A stretch of 64,000 bases of DNA from an uncultured bacterium (GCA_945915465.1 CAMEFF010000002.1:25648-89647), one strand, 5' to 3'. Numbered from the stretch's first letter, positions 28,626 to 37,479 are shown. A program made the numbers and translations. Notes: generated by a model not told the origin, from the sequence alone.

Positions 28626-29468
28626 CTATACTTTGTCTGCTTGTTTTAATAAATTACAACTTTCGCAACGTTTGCGTTCTTGGTCTTTGTAAATTCTTGT
28701 CCTGTTGATAACTTCATCAAAATCAATTTTGTGAGCATCAAAATCAGGGCCGTCAACGCAAGCAAATTTAGTTTGACCGCCAACGGTTACACGACAAGCA
28801 CCGCACATGCCTGTTCCGTCAACCATAATCGGGTTCATGCTTGCTTCGGTGTAAATTCCTTTATCACGAGTAAGCTCTGCAACTGCTCTCATCATAGGCA
28901 TAGGCCCGACAGCGATTACATAGTCAACTTTTTCTCTATCTATAATCTCTTGCAATACTGTTGTTCCGAAACCTTTTATTCCGTAAGAACCGTCATCTGT
29001 TGTCAGATATAATTCAGTCGAAGCGGTTTTCATTTTGTCTTCCCAGAATAATAAATCTTTTGTTCTTGCCCCTGAAATCATATAGACTTTGTTTCCGGCT
29101 TCTTTTAAGGCTTTTGATATTAGATAGCAAGGTGCGGCACCGTATCCGCCGGCTACGCAAACGACAGTTCCGTATTTTTTGATGTCGGTCGGCTTGCCTA
29201 GAGGACCCACGATATCAACGAGTTCATCGCCAACGTTAAGTTGAGCAAGTTTTTTGGTTGAATAACCGACAGCCATGAAAACGAGAGTTAATTCACCTTT
29301 TTCTTTGTCGATGTCTGCAATGGTAAGCGGAACTCTTTCGCCGTCTTGTTCAACTCTGAAGATAATAAATTGTCCTGCTTTTGCGTTTCTAACGACGTAT
29401 GGAGCATCGATAGTAATTTCATATTGGTTAGGACAGATTTCTTTTTTTGATAATATTTTATAACCCAT
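28626..29468 (-). CDS. NfnA/SudB-type FAD/NAD(P)- and [2Fe-2S]-binding oxidoreductase subunit (PyrK-like fold)
   Basis: FNR-like RVPLTIADID, GPLG, VAGGYGAAP. C-terminal cluster motif VDGTGMCGACRVTVGGQTKFACVDGPDF. AAGGTGG RBS and TATAAT lie upstream on the minus strand. Confidence 0.8.
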   Translation of the reverse strand: MGYKILSKKEICPNQYEITIDAPYVVRNAKAGQFIIFRVEQDGERVPLTIADIDKEKGELTLVFMAVGYSTKKLAQLNVGDELVDIVGPLGKPTDIKKYGTVVCVAGGYGAAPCYLISKALKEAGNKVYMISGARTKDLLFWEDKMKTASTELYLTTDDGSYGIKGFGTTVLQEIIDREKVDYVIAVGPMPMMRAVAELTRDKGIYTEASMNPIMVDGTGMCGACRVTVGGQTKFACVDGPDFDAHKIDFDEVINRTRIYKDQERKRCESCNLLKQADKV

Positions 29469-29575
29469 TTTGAACCACCTTATTTTTATTATTAAAAATT
29501 ATACAACAAATTTTTAAATTACGCCACTGTATAACAACCCTGTAACAATAATAATCTTTTTAGAAGGAGAAGCAC

Positions 29576-29746
29576 TTTGGTAGGTTCACCAATATGTCAT
29601 TCCGGACAGCACGAATAAAATGAGTGCGTGATCCGGAATCTGTTTGACAAGATTGTACAAGCTTGATATTTATTGAAACAGATTCTGAATAAGATAAAAT
29701 CTACGCAATTAAAATTGCTCGATTTTTAATCTTTTCAGAATGACGA
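29576..29746. repeat. mosaic repeat, left copy (box + H hairpin 29596-29642 + spacer + A2 hairpin module)
   Basis: Core 29640-29746 equals 33669-33775 at 105/107 positions. The 5' part aligns more loosely with 33625-33668. Confidence 0.9.
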
Positions 29747-29782
29747 GGGCTTGGGGGCATTGTGACCTTTGCCAAACCAGTC

Positions 29783-29965
29783 TTATGGAATGTAACTGAA
29801 TTTTAGGGCGGCGAGAAGACGATTTTTGACGTTCAATTTCCGCAACACCGCCGCAACGTGAGCTTTTGCGGTGTGGAAACTGATTTGTAAAATGTTTGCG
29901 ATTTCGGCATTGGTAAACCCTTGCGAAACCAATCGCATAACCTCGCATTCTCGCTTAGTGAGCAT
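29783..29965 (-). CDS. stand-alone LuxR/GerE-type HTH protein (60 aa)
   Basis: LTKRECEVMRLVSQGFTNAEIANILQISFHTAKAHVAAVLRKLNVKNR is a complete LuxR_C HTH with no receiver or ligand domain. 5 nt downstream of the GT gene. Confidence 0.75.
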   Translation of the reverse strand: MLTKRECEVMRLVSQGFTNAEIANILQISFHTAKAHVAAVLRKLNVKNRLLAALKFSYIP

Positions 29966-29970
29966 TTATC

Positions 29971-31122
29971 CTAACTTCTTTCTTTTAATTTGTATGTGAT
30001 TTTAAATCCCAATATTATAATTTGTTTCTTTTTGATATTTTGTTCATAAAGATTTCTTATTGAAAAAAGATTTTCATACCAATGTTTTGTTTTTGATAAT
30101 TTAGGTCTTTTTTGTGTTACCAACTTAGTAATATGTTGTTCAATAAATTTTAATCTGTTTTCATTTTCATATTCTTTTGATGGACATAAAGAAATTGGAT
30201 AAACAAGATTTAGCCACTGTTCATAATAGTTTCTTATTACTGGTATTAAATCTTTGTTTTCATCTCTTTGAGTGAAAAAGAATAGGTGTACCATTGGAAT
30301 TTCTAAATTTGCAATTATTTTTTTATTATGTTTTTTGCAGTAGTGTACTGTTTGATGTTCATCATCTTTATCTCCAATATTTATAGCATTCCAAAAATCT
30401 TTTTTAAAAAGCATGCAATTAATTGAATAACGTTTAGTATTGTCAATTTCTTCAAAACCAGCATTTTGAACTGCATTAATATACATATCTGGATTAAGTG
30501 TTGTTTTTTTGTGTACCCAGCGAGAAATATATGCATTTCCCCATACCGTGCCACCACCACCATCATAAATTTCATCTTTTGTTACCATTTTATATGGAGC
30601 AGTTTCATCTGCACCACGCCAACCAACGTAATGGTTTCTTGAGTATTTATCAAAAAATTCTTGTGTTAAATTCATTTTCTCTAATACTCTTTTAAATCCC
30701 CATGGATTATTGTTTACTAATGTTGATACATAACCTAAATTTTCTCCATATTTGTTATATGATTTTTCATAGCATTCACATAGCTTATCAAACCAATCCT
30801 TTGTTAGAGGGAAAGTATCATCGTCCATTTTGCAGATATAATCATATTTTTCCATTTCTTTACTATTTAATAATTCTCTGATTGCTAAATATGGTGCTTG
30901 CGGTTTAATCCAATCAACAACAGTTATTTGTTCAGGGAAAAGCGAAGCATATCTTTTGGCAACTTTATATGTTCTTTCACAGTCATAAGAGCCTCTTCCG
31001 TTTTGTAAAATATAAAAATTTACATTTTGTGGTAAAAATTTAGAGTGTGCTGCCAATGTTATTTCTAGTGATTCAAAATCTGCATACGCAAGAATTACAA
31101 CTGCTATTTTTTGATAATTCAT
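29971..31122 (-). CDS. GT-A fold (GT2-like) glycosyltransferase
   Basis: IAVVILAYADFESLEITL ... YICKMDDDTFP (DxD-type) pattern. 383 aa. Confidence 0.65.
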   Translation of the reverse strand: MNYQKIAVVILAYADFESLEITLAAHSKFLPQNVNFYILQNGRGSYDCERTYKVAKRYASLFPEQITVVDWIKPQAPYLAIRELLNSKEMEKYDYICKMDDDTFPLTKDWFDKLCECYEKSYNKYGENLGYVSTLVNNNPWGFKRVLEKMNLTQEFFDKYSRNHYVGWRGADETAPYKMVTKDEIYDGGGGTVWGNAYISRWVHKKTTLNPDMYINAVQNAGFEEIDNTKRYSINCMLFKKDFWNAINIGDKDDEHQTVHYCKKHNKKIIANLEIPMVHLFFFTQRDENKDLIPVIRNYYEQWLNLVYPISLCPSKEYENENRLKFIEQHITKLVTQKRPKLSKTKHWYENLFSIRNLYEQNIKKKQIIILGFKITYKLKERS

Positions 31123-31124
31123 AT

Positions 31125-32138
31125 TTATTTTCCTCCTTGTATTGTTTTATGTTTTTTGAAATTTTTGTATTTATTCAAATAATGATTCCTTTTTTTTGAC
31201 GTAAATGCAAAATCTTTCAAAATTTTGTATTCTAAGTGTTTTAATTTACTACGTATTGGTGGTTTTTCATCAATTATCATTGTTACTGGAAGTTGTTTTA
31301 TTTTATATTTATTTTCATCAATTAATTCACTAAAATACGTATCAAAAATAAGTTCACCTAAATAACCTAATGTTCTTTTTCCATTTACTGAATATTTTGA
31401 TGTATCTATTTTGTTTTCAATTTCAAATAATGTTGTAAATAACATATTGCAATAATCAAAGAATATTTCTTTTTTGCAAATAAACATTTGATATCCAATT
31501 TTATCTGGTTGTTTTGCTCGTTGTTCTGCAATTAAGCCATATTTTGGAAATAATAATTTTAAATTTTCTACCATGATTTTATAATCATTAATGTTTGTTC
31601 CTTCAATAACTTCTGCATAATCTTCTTCTAATGATTTGATGTTCATTTTGTTTAAATTCATTGCTAATGGCAAGATACAATCATATTTGTTGCAGTAATT
31701 GTTAATATCGGTTTCTGATATTCCAAATTTTGTTTCATAGTCCGTAACTTTTTGCGATAACATAACATCACCGTAGGTAATTTCTTCTTGAGTCAAGTAT
31801 ACTTTTATTTTTTTGTACATTTCACTATTAAAAATAAAGTGTCGCCTGTATGTCATGAAGCCAATATAGTCTGGATTGCCTATTTCTTGATAATGCTTCC
31901 AAACCCAATAAATTCCGGTGAGTTCACAATATTGACGGTTTTTAGATGAAATATTTTCCCCCGTATTATCTCCTATCATGTTGTTTAGTAACCAGTTAAA
32001 ATCTTTATTATCTAGTTTTCCATCTTTAGATATTTGAAGTGCTAAATCTCTACCAATATGTATAGGTACAAAAATATTATTTTTTAATAATCTTGCCGGT
32101 TTGTGGTAATTTATAAATATTTTTATGCTTTTTCCCAT
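31125..32138 (-). CDS. DUF4422-type glycosyltransferase (polysaccharide biosynthesis)
   Basis: IFINYHKP...FVPIHIGR...IGDNTGENISSKNRQYCELTGIYWVWKH...DYIGFMTYRRHF matches the DUF4422 signature as I remember it. Confidence 0.7.
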   Translation of the reverse strand: MGKSIKIFINYHKPARLLKNNIFVPIHIGRDLALQISKDGKLDNKDFNWLLNNMIGDNTGENISSKNRQYCELTGIYWVWKHYQEIGNPDYIGFMTYRRHFIFNSEMYKKIKVYLTQEEITYGDVMLSQKVTDYETKFGISETDINNYCNKYDCILPLAMNLNKMNIKSLEEDYAEVIEGTNINDYKIMVENLKLLFPKYGLIAEQRAKQPDKIGYQMFICKKEIFFDYCNMLFTTLFEIENKIDTSKYSVNGKRTLGYLGELIFDTYFSELIDENKYKIKQLPVTMIIDEKPPIRSKLKHLEYKILKDFAFTSKKRNHYLNKYKNFKKHKTIQGGK

Positions 32139-32180
32139 TTTTATTACTCCATTTTAAATATGCTTATGAATCTTAATTTT

Positions 32181-32711
32181 TTATAAGGCTATTCCTTTCC
32201 GATATCTTAGGTTTAAGTTCTCTTCTACGTTTATATATTTCAGTGCATCTGTTACTGTTGCTTGGTTGAATAACCATTGCAGATATGACAAATCCTTATA
32301 CTTTTGGTAATAGTGGTAGCCAAATGTTTTTCTCCATGACGAGGCAGAATATTTATTGTTCAGTCCTAGTTCCATGCAAATTTCTTTAAATCGGTAAAAC
32401 ACTGTTACTCTATCTATAGGTTTTCCTTTTTGGTTGCAAAAAAGTGCTTCTTCGGGGTGTTTGTCTTTTGTAAATTCTTTGATGGCTTCGACCAATTCGT
32501 CACTTAGCGGTAAGGTTTTGTCTTTTCCTATATTCAAATAATATTTGTCCTTGACGTCCTTAACCTTCAATTCCAGCAAGGTTTTTAGGTTTATTCCAGT
32601 GTTTATCGCAAGCAAAAACATCAGGTAATCCCTAAATTGTCCCTTTTTCAGATATAATTCTTTGATTTGGTTTATTATTTCAATTTCTTTTATCGGCAAG
32701 CTTGTATTCAT
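32181..32711 (-). CDS. tyrosine-recombinase-like protein, catalytic domain only, several catalytic residues substituted
   Basis: Box I reads NTGINLKTLLEL (Arg I to Asn). Box II reads SASSWRKTFGYH (His to Ser, Arg kept). LFNQATVTDALKYI keeps Tyr but has Asn in place of His. Confidence 0.6.
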   Translation of the reverse strand: MNTSLPIKEIEIINQIKELYLKKGQFRDYLMFLLAINTGINLKTLLELKVKDVKDKYYLNIGKDKTLPLSDELVEAIKEFTKDKHPEEALFCNQKGKPIDRVTVFYRFKEICMELGLNNKYSASSWRKTFGYHYYQKYKDLSYLQWLFNQATVTDALKYINVEENLNLRYRKGIAL

Positions 32712-32732
32712 AATTCCAATTCTTTGTTGGTC

Positions 32733-32930
32733 TTAAATCTCAAATAAATAATCTAAACTTAATGTCGGTTTGCTCAATAATCTTCGGATTGTTTTCATTT
32801 CTATCAGGTCAAAGTCTGATTTACCTGCAAGTTTGTTGTTCAATGTCTTGCAAGTCATCTTTAATTCCCCTGCCAAATCTGTAACCCTGATATCTCGTCT
32901 TGTTAATTCTGCTTTTAAATTGTTAAACAT
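32733..32930 (-). CDS. small Cro/XRE-type HTH regulator (65 aa)
   Basis: LKAELTRRDIRVTDLAGELKMTCKTLNNKLAGKSDF..IEMKTIRRLL pattern, similar to short phage regulators. First gene of the minus-strand islet operon. Confidence 0.6.
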   Translation of the reverse strand: MFNNLKAELTRRDIRVTDLAGELKMTCKTLNNKLAGKSDFDLIEMKTIRRLLSKPTLSLDYLFEI

Positions 32931-33169
32931 ATTTACCCCACTTTTTCTATTTTGTTAGTTTAATTAAGAAAATTTTACATTGATTTTTCGTATTTATTTA
33001 ATATTTATTATGCACAATATATATTATGTTGAATATTTAAACATGTCAAGTAAGCACTTTTTAAACCATAAAATTGTTACATTTTAAGACTTTTGCACAA
33101 CTAAAACCACTCCTACTAATTGCAAAAAGAATTTATAAATAATAAAATATACTCGTAGGGGGGAATGAA

Positions 33170-33538
33170 ATGAAAAATTTGGCACAAATGATGCGATTGT
33201 ACAAAGCAAAGTTAAATCTCACAAACGAAGAGATTGCAATGCAAACAGGGCTACCGACAAATACAGTTGCCAGAATTTGCTCAGGCAGAACAAAATCCCC
33301 GAAACTCGAAACGCTCCGCAAAATTGCCAAAGTTTTTGATATCACTATTGAAGAATTGAGCGGTGGTGAAGGTGATGCCGTTGAACCTTACTATTTGGAC
33401 AAAAAGACTGCCGAATTGGCACTAAAAATAAAAAATGACTCGCAATATGCCGTATTGTTGGAATTAACTCGTGAACTGCAAAAAGAAGACATTGATGCTC
33501 TCGTTGGTATAGTAAAAGCAATAAAACGTAACAGATAG
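33170..33538 (+). CDS. XRE-family HTH regulator (cI-like position, 122 aa)
   Basis: LTNEEIAMQTGLPTNTVARICSGRTKSPKLETLRKIAKVFDITIEEL. Divergent from 32733-32930 across a 239-bp region. GGGGGG RBS. Confidence 0.8.
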   Translation: MKNLAQMMRLYKAKLNLTNEEIAMQTGLPTNTVARICSGRTKSPKLETLRKIAKVFDITIEELSGGEGDAVEPYYLDKKTAELALKIKNDSQYAVLLELTRELQKEDIDALVGIVKAIKRNR

Positions 33539-33624
33539 TTATTGTTGTAATAAAAATTTTAAATCTCAGGCGATGCCGTGACCTACGTTTTGGCTTTGTG
33601 ATGTGTGTTCTGTAAGTGTAAAAA

Positions 33625-33775
33625 CTTGGTAGGCTCACCGATTAGTCACTCTGAACTTGATTCAGAGTCTGTTTGCCAAGATTGTACAAGCTTGATATTT
33701 ATTGAAACGGATTCTGAATAAGATAAAATCTACGCAATTAAAATTGCTCGATTTTTAATCTTTTCAGAATGACGA
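33625..33775. repeat. mosaic repeat, right copy (box + H hairpin 33645-33671 + spacer + A2 hairpin module)
   Basis: See 29576-29746. The H stem here is ACTCTGAA/TTCAGAGT instead of ATTCCGGA/TCCGGAAT. Confidence 0.9.
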
Positions 33776-33847
33776 TATATTTTGTTCTTCTATTGTTTTC
33801 GATTTTCTTTCATGTTATACTCTTGCGTGTAGAAAGGAATGGGTATT

Positions 33848-34357
33848 ATGATGGATTCAAATTTGGTGGAAGAATTTAATATTCAAATTAACAAAGAATT
33901 ATTCTCTGAATATCTTTATTTGGCTATGAAAGCCTGTTTTCAAGAAATGAATTTGCAAGGTTTTGTAAATTGGTTTGATGTTCAGGTTCAAGAAGAACAC
34001 GCTCATGCTATGGGCATGTTTGATTATCTTAACGAAAGAGGTTACAAAGCAGATTTGAGAGCGATTGAGGCTCCTGTTGTTGACGGAACAACTCCGCTTG
34101 AAATCTTTGAGCAAGTTCTTAAACACGAAGAATATGTAACCTCAAGAATTAATGAAATGGCTGATGTTGCGGAAGAGGTTAAAGACCGTGCAGCCTTGAA
34201 ATTCTTAGATTGGTACATTAACGAACAAGTTGAAGAAGAAGCAAACGTAGGCGGTGTTTTGACAACTCTTAAACTTATCGGTGAAGACAAAAATGCTTTG
34301 TTGTTATTAGACAAAGACCTTGCAACAAGAACTTTTGTTGCTCCGGTTATCGGCTAG
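33848..34357 (+). CDS. ftn: bacterial non-heme ferritin
   Basis: Ferroxidase-centre pattern EYLYLAM...QVQEEHAHAMGMFDYL...EQVLKHEEYVT...LDWYINEQVEEE. ATG 33848 has better spacing to AAAGGA than the track start 33839. Confidence 0.88.
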   Translation: MMDSNLVEEFNIQINKELFSEYLYLAMKACFQEMNLQGFVNWFDVQVQEEHAHAMGMFDYLNERGYKADLRAIEAPVVDGTTPLEIFEQVLKHEEYVTSRINEMADVAEEVKDRAALKFLDWYINEQVEEEANVGGVLTTLKLIGEDKNALLLLDKDLATRTFVAPVIG

Positions 34358-34414
34358 TCTCAACGCAAAATTTATAGTAAAAGGTTCGTCAAAAACTGAA
34401 ATTTGGCGAACTTT

Positions 34415-35581
34415 TTATTTTGAACAAATACTTTCAGCAACGATAAAACCGGTTGTCCAACAGTTTTGCAAATTGAACCCGCCACAAAATCCGTCAATAT
34501 CCAAAATCTCACCGCAAAAATACAAATTCGGATAATTCTTTGCTTCTAAAGTCTTGGAGTTAACTTCTTTTAAATCAACTCCCCCGCAAGTTACGACCTC
34601 GCCTTCATTTGCCTTTGCCGTTATTTTAATTTCAAAATCAGTCAAGGCGAAATAAATTTTGTCCCGAATTTTTCCGTTAATCTTGTGACATTCGGTTTCT
34701 TCCTCAATGTTTAATTCCTTTAAAAGGTACTGTGCAAAAGACTTTGGCACAAGATTTCCGAGCAAATTTTTTATTGATTTGTGCGGATTTTTGTTTAACA
34801 AATCTTGCAAATCGAAATCCTCTAAAAACCTGAAACGCAAGGCATAAGGCATATTATCACGAGCCTTTATTGAAGAAATTTTATAAATCAAAGGTCCTGA
34901 AATTCCCTTGTGCGTAAACAAAACATTTTCTTGTAAAATTGTTTTATCGAGTTTTACTTTGACGTTTTTCAAACTTACGCCTGAAATTTCCGAAAAATCC
35001 TTTTCCGTAATCAACCCGACCAAAGATTTTGTTTGTGGAATAATTTTTATGTCCAAATCTTTTAATAACTTAGTGCCGGCATGACCTCCTATTGCCACCA
35101 CAACAACATCAAAAGCGTAAGTCGATTTATTGGTTTTGATTTTGTAACCGTTCTCAAGTCTTGAAAGTTCCAACACTTCTTCTTTTATTTTATGGACGTT
35201 TGAAATTGATTTCAAAAACTTTTCTCGTACTTCGCTTGCCGAATTTGAGGTTGGAAAAATTCTGTTATCCTCTTGGGTGTAAGTTTGAATCCCGAGAGAA
35301 TTCATAAATTCTAAGGTTTGAGAAGTCGAAAATCTTGAAAAAAGTGAGTACAAAAACTTTTCACCACGAGGATAATTTTTTGCAAGTTGTTTGAAATCGT
35401 ATTCGGCATGTGCCAAATTGCAACGTCCGCCACCTGTCGGCAAAAGAGTTCTCAAAAAATTTCCCTTGTCAAAAAGGGTAACCTCAAAACCGAAATCGGA
35501 TAAAAATTTTGCAGCAGCACAACCCGCAGGCCCGCCACCGATAATGGCTATTGTTTTATTAGAAATTGACTCTTGTGCCAT
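34415..35581 (-). CDS. HI0933/YhiN (BaiN-like) family FAD-dependent oxidoreductase
   Basis: IAIIGGGPAGCAAA...LLPTGGGRCNLAH ... GGFNLQNCWTTG. ATG 35581 (MAQESISNK) is preferred over the upstream extension to 35626. Confidence 0.85.
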   Translation of the reverse strand: MAQESISNKTIAIIGGGPAGCAAAKFLSDFGFEVTLFDKGNFLRTLLPTGGGRCNLAHAEYDFKQLAKNYPRGEKFLYSLFSRFSTSQTLEFMNSLGIQTYTQEDNRIFPTSNSASEVREKFLKSISNVHKIKEEVLELSRLENGYKIKTNKSTYAFDVVVVAIGGHAGTKLLKDLDIKIIPQTKSLVGLITEKDFSEISGVSLKNVKVKLDKTILQENVLFTHKGISGPLIYKISSIKARDNMPYALRFRFLEDFDLQDLLNKNPHKSIKNLLGNLVPKSFAQYLLKELNIEEETECHKINGKIRDKIYFALTDFEIKITAKANEGEVVTCGGVDLKEVNSKTLEAKNYPNLYFCGEILDIDGFCGGFNLQNCWTTGFIVAESICSK

Positions 35582-36065
35582 ATAAAAATACCATTTCAGG
35601 GTTTTCCAAATCGTTGTGCATTTCAACTATATTTTTATGTAATACAGGATGCACAAATTCAGGGTTAAGTTCAAGCATCGGAACAAGCGTAAATGCTCTC
35701 AAATGAACATATTTGTGTGGAATTGTTAAATTCTCTTCGTTGATAACTTCTTTACCATAAAACAAAATATCTATATCAATCGTGCGGTCTTCATAGTCAT
35801 GAGAAGAATGTTTTTCTCTCCCTAATTGTTTTTCCACACGTTGACAAATTTCTAAAAGTTCTTGCGGTGAATATTGTGTTTTAATTTCAACAACAGCATT
35901 AACAAACCAAGTTTTTGTGTTCATGTTCCACGGTTCTGTTTCATAAAAAGCCGAAGTTCTGACAATAGAAATCTTTTCGTCCCCGCCAAGCAGTGCTGCA
36001 GCCTGTTGGACAAAACCGATTCTGTCGCCTTTATTCGAACCTAAACTTAAATATGCTATTGCCAT
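35559..36065 (-). CDS. folK: 2-amino-4-hydroxy-6-hydroxymethyldihydropteridine pyrophosphokinase
   Basis: AYLSLGSNKGDR...SAFYETEPW...RTIDIDILFYG...LTIPH motifs. Confidence 0.9.
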   Translation of the reverse strand: MAIAYLSLGSNKGDRIGFVQQAAALLGGDEKISIVRTSAFYETEPWNMNTKTWFVNAVVEIKTQYSPQELLEICQRVEKQLGREKHSSHDYEDRTIDIDILFYGKEVINEENLTIPHKYVHLRAFTLVPMLELNPEFVHPVLHKNIVEMHNDLENPEMVFLYGTRVNF

Positions 36066-36134
36066 ATCCTGATTTTATAAATTTTTGTATCTATTGTCAA
36101 CATGTTTCTATTTCTTTGATGTATAATTTTTTGT

Positions 36135-37439
36135 ATGATTACTTATTCAATAATATTGGTTTTATTACTACTTGTTGTAGTTTCTATGTTTAGCGAACTT
36201 TTCCTTTACGGATTGGTTTCAACTTTGTTATTTATTGTCTTATTGCCGTTTTACTATGTAATCCGTGCGATTAGCGGTAAATTTTTATATGGTTGGAAAG
36301 AGAAGTTAGGATTTTTTAAATCACCGGATTTGGGTTCAAAAGTAATAATGTTTCACGGGGTTTCGGTCGGTGAAGTTATTGCGTTGGAAAATCTTATTAA
36401 AAAGACAAAAGAAGTTTTCCCCGATTATAAAATAGTTGTGACAACGGGTACAAAAACAGGGCAAGAGGTTGCACTTAAAAAATACGCAAATCTTGCTGAT
36501 TTTATTACATATTTTCCGTTTGATATTGCATTTTGCGTTCAATCCTTTTTGGTTAAGGTCAAACCAACGGTTGTGTTGATTGCGGAAACAGAATTGTGGC
36601 CGATTTTTGCATCTTTTTGCAAATTGAAAGGGATTAAGCTATATACAATTAACGGCAGAATGTCTGATTCCACCTACAAATTGTATAAATTGTGTCGATA
36701 TTTCTTCAGGAAAATTCTTGTTAAATATACAAAAATTCTTACTCAAAGTGAGATTGACCGTCAAAAACTTATTTCTATCGGTGCTCCTGTTGACAGAACT
36801 TTTGTAATGAAGAATTTAAAATTTGACGTAAAACCGACAACAGAACATGTTGAAATCGGTCAAGACGGACATAGAGTAATCATTGCGGGTAGTACGCATA
36901 ATGGTGAAGATGAAATCGCATTGAAGATTTTTGCCGAAAAAATCAAAAAATATCCTGATATAAAATTACTTTTGGCATTACGTCATACAACAAGATTACC
37001 GCAGGTTTTACCGTTAATTGAGAACACCGGATTGTCTTACGGCTTCCGTTCAAAAGGCGATACTTTTAAAGATAAAGATATTATCGTCCTTGATACAATG
37101 GGCGAACTTGGAAAAATGTATTCAATTTGTTCTTTTGCGTTTATTGGCGGAAGTTTCAACAATACGGGCGGTCATAATCCGTTAGAAGCAACAGTTTACT
37201 CAAAACCGACAGTGACGGGTCCTTCAATCCATAATTTTAGAGATATTTATTGGTTGTTATCACAATCTCATGCAGGAAAAATTGTTAAAACCCCTGAAGA
37301 GATGAGCGATTATATAGAAAAATTGCTTTCGGATAACGACTTTTATCAACAGGCATGCAAGGATTGCGAAACAATATTCAACGATCAACAAGGGGCATTA
37401 GATATCGTTATTGAGGAATTGAAACAGGTTTTGGATTAA
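36135..37439 (+). CDS. waaA: 3-deoxy-D-manno-octulosonic acid (Kdo) transferase
   Basis: N-terminal TM, FHGVSVGEV motif, GT-B C-terminal half (GGSF...GGHNPLEA). 434 aa. Confidence 0.88.
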   Translation: MITYSIILVLLLLVVVSMFSELFLYGLVSTLLFIVLLPFYYVIRAISGKFLYGWKEKLGFFKSPDLGSKVIMFHGVSVGEVIALENLIKKTKEVFPDYKIVVTTGTKTGQEVALKKYANLADFITYFPFDIAFCVQSFLVKVKPTVVLIAETELWPIFASFCKLKGIKLYTINGRMSDSTYKLYKLCRYFFRKILVKYTKILTQSEIDRQKLISIGAPVDRTFVMKNLKFDVKPTTEHVEIGQDGHRVIIAGSTHNGEDEIALKIFAEKIKKYPDIKLLLALRHTTRLPQVLPLIENTGLSYGFRSKGDTFKDKDIIVLDTMGELGKMYSICSFAFIGGSFNNTGGHNPLEATVYSKPTVTGPSIHNFRDIYWLLSQSHAGKIVKTPEEMSDYIEKLLSDNDFYQQACKDCETIFNDQQGALDIVIEELKQVLD

Positions 37440-37479
37440 GGGAAAATATTTAAGTGATTCAGAATTTTTGAACGGTGGA

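Larger units (their letters stand above)
29576..33775. mobile_element. candidate genomic islet bounded by direct repeats (phage-like regulators, recombinase-like gene, glycosyltransferases)
   Basis: Direct repeats at both ends. Interior is visibly more AT-rich than flanking genes. Contains int-like, cro-like and cI-like genes. No evidence of current mobility. Confidence 0.35.

Noticed and set aside
33158-33163. G6 homopolymer in the RBS of the XRE gene as a possible slipped-strand phase-variation tract
   Set aside because: Six residues is too short for appreciable slippage, and it functions plausibly as a plain Shine-Dalgarno sequence.
33345-33638. 97-aa minus-strand ORF (and likewise 43414-43668, 29709-29948, 33133-33345)
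   Set aside because: They overlap better-supported genes or regulatory and repeat elements (the XRE gene, the attenuator, the LuxR gene). Composition looks like translated non-coding or antisense sequence.
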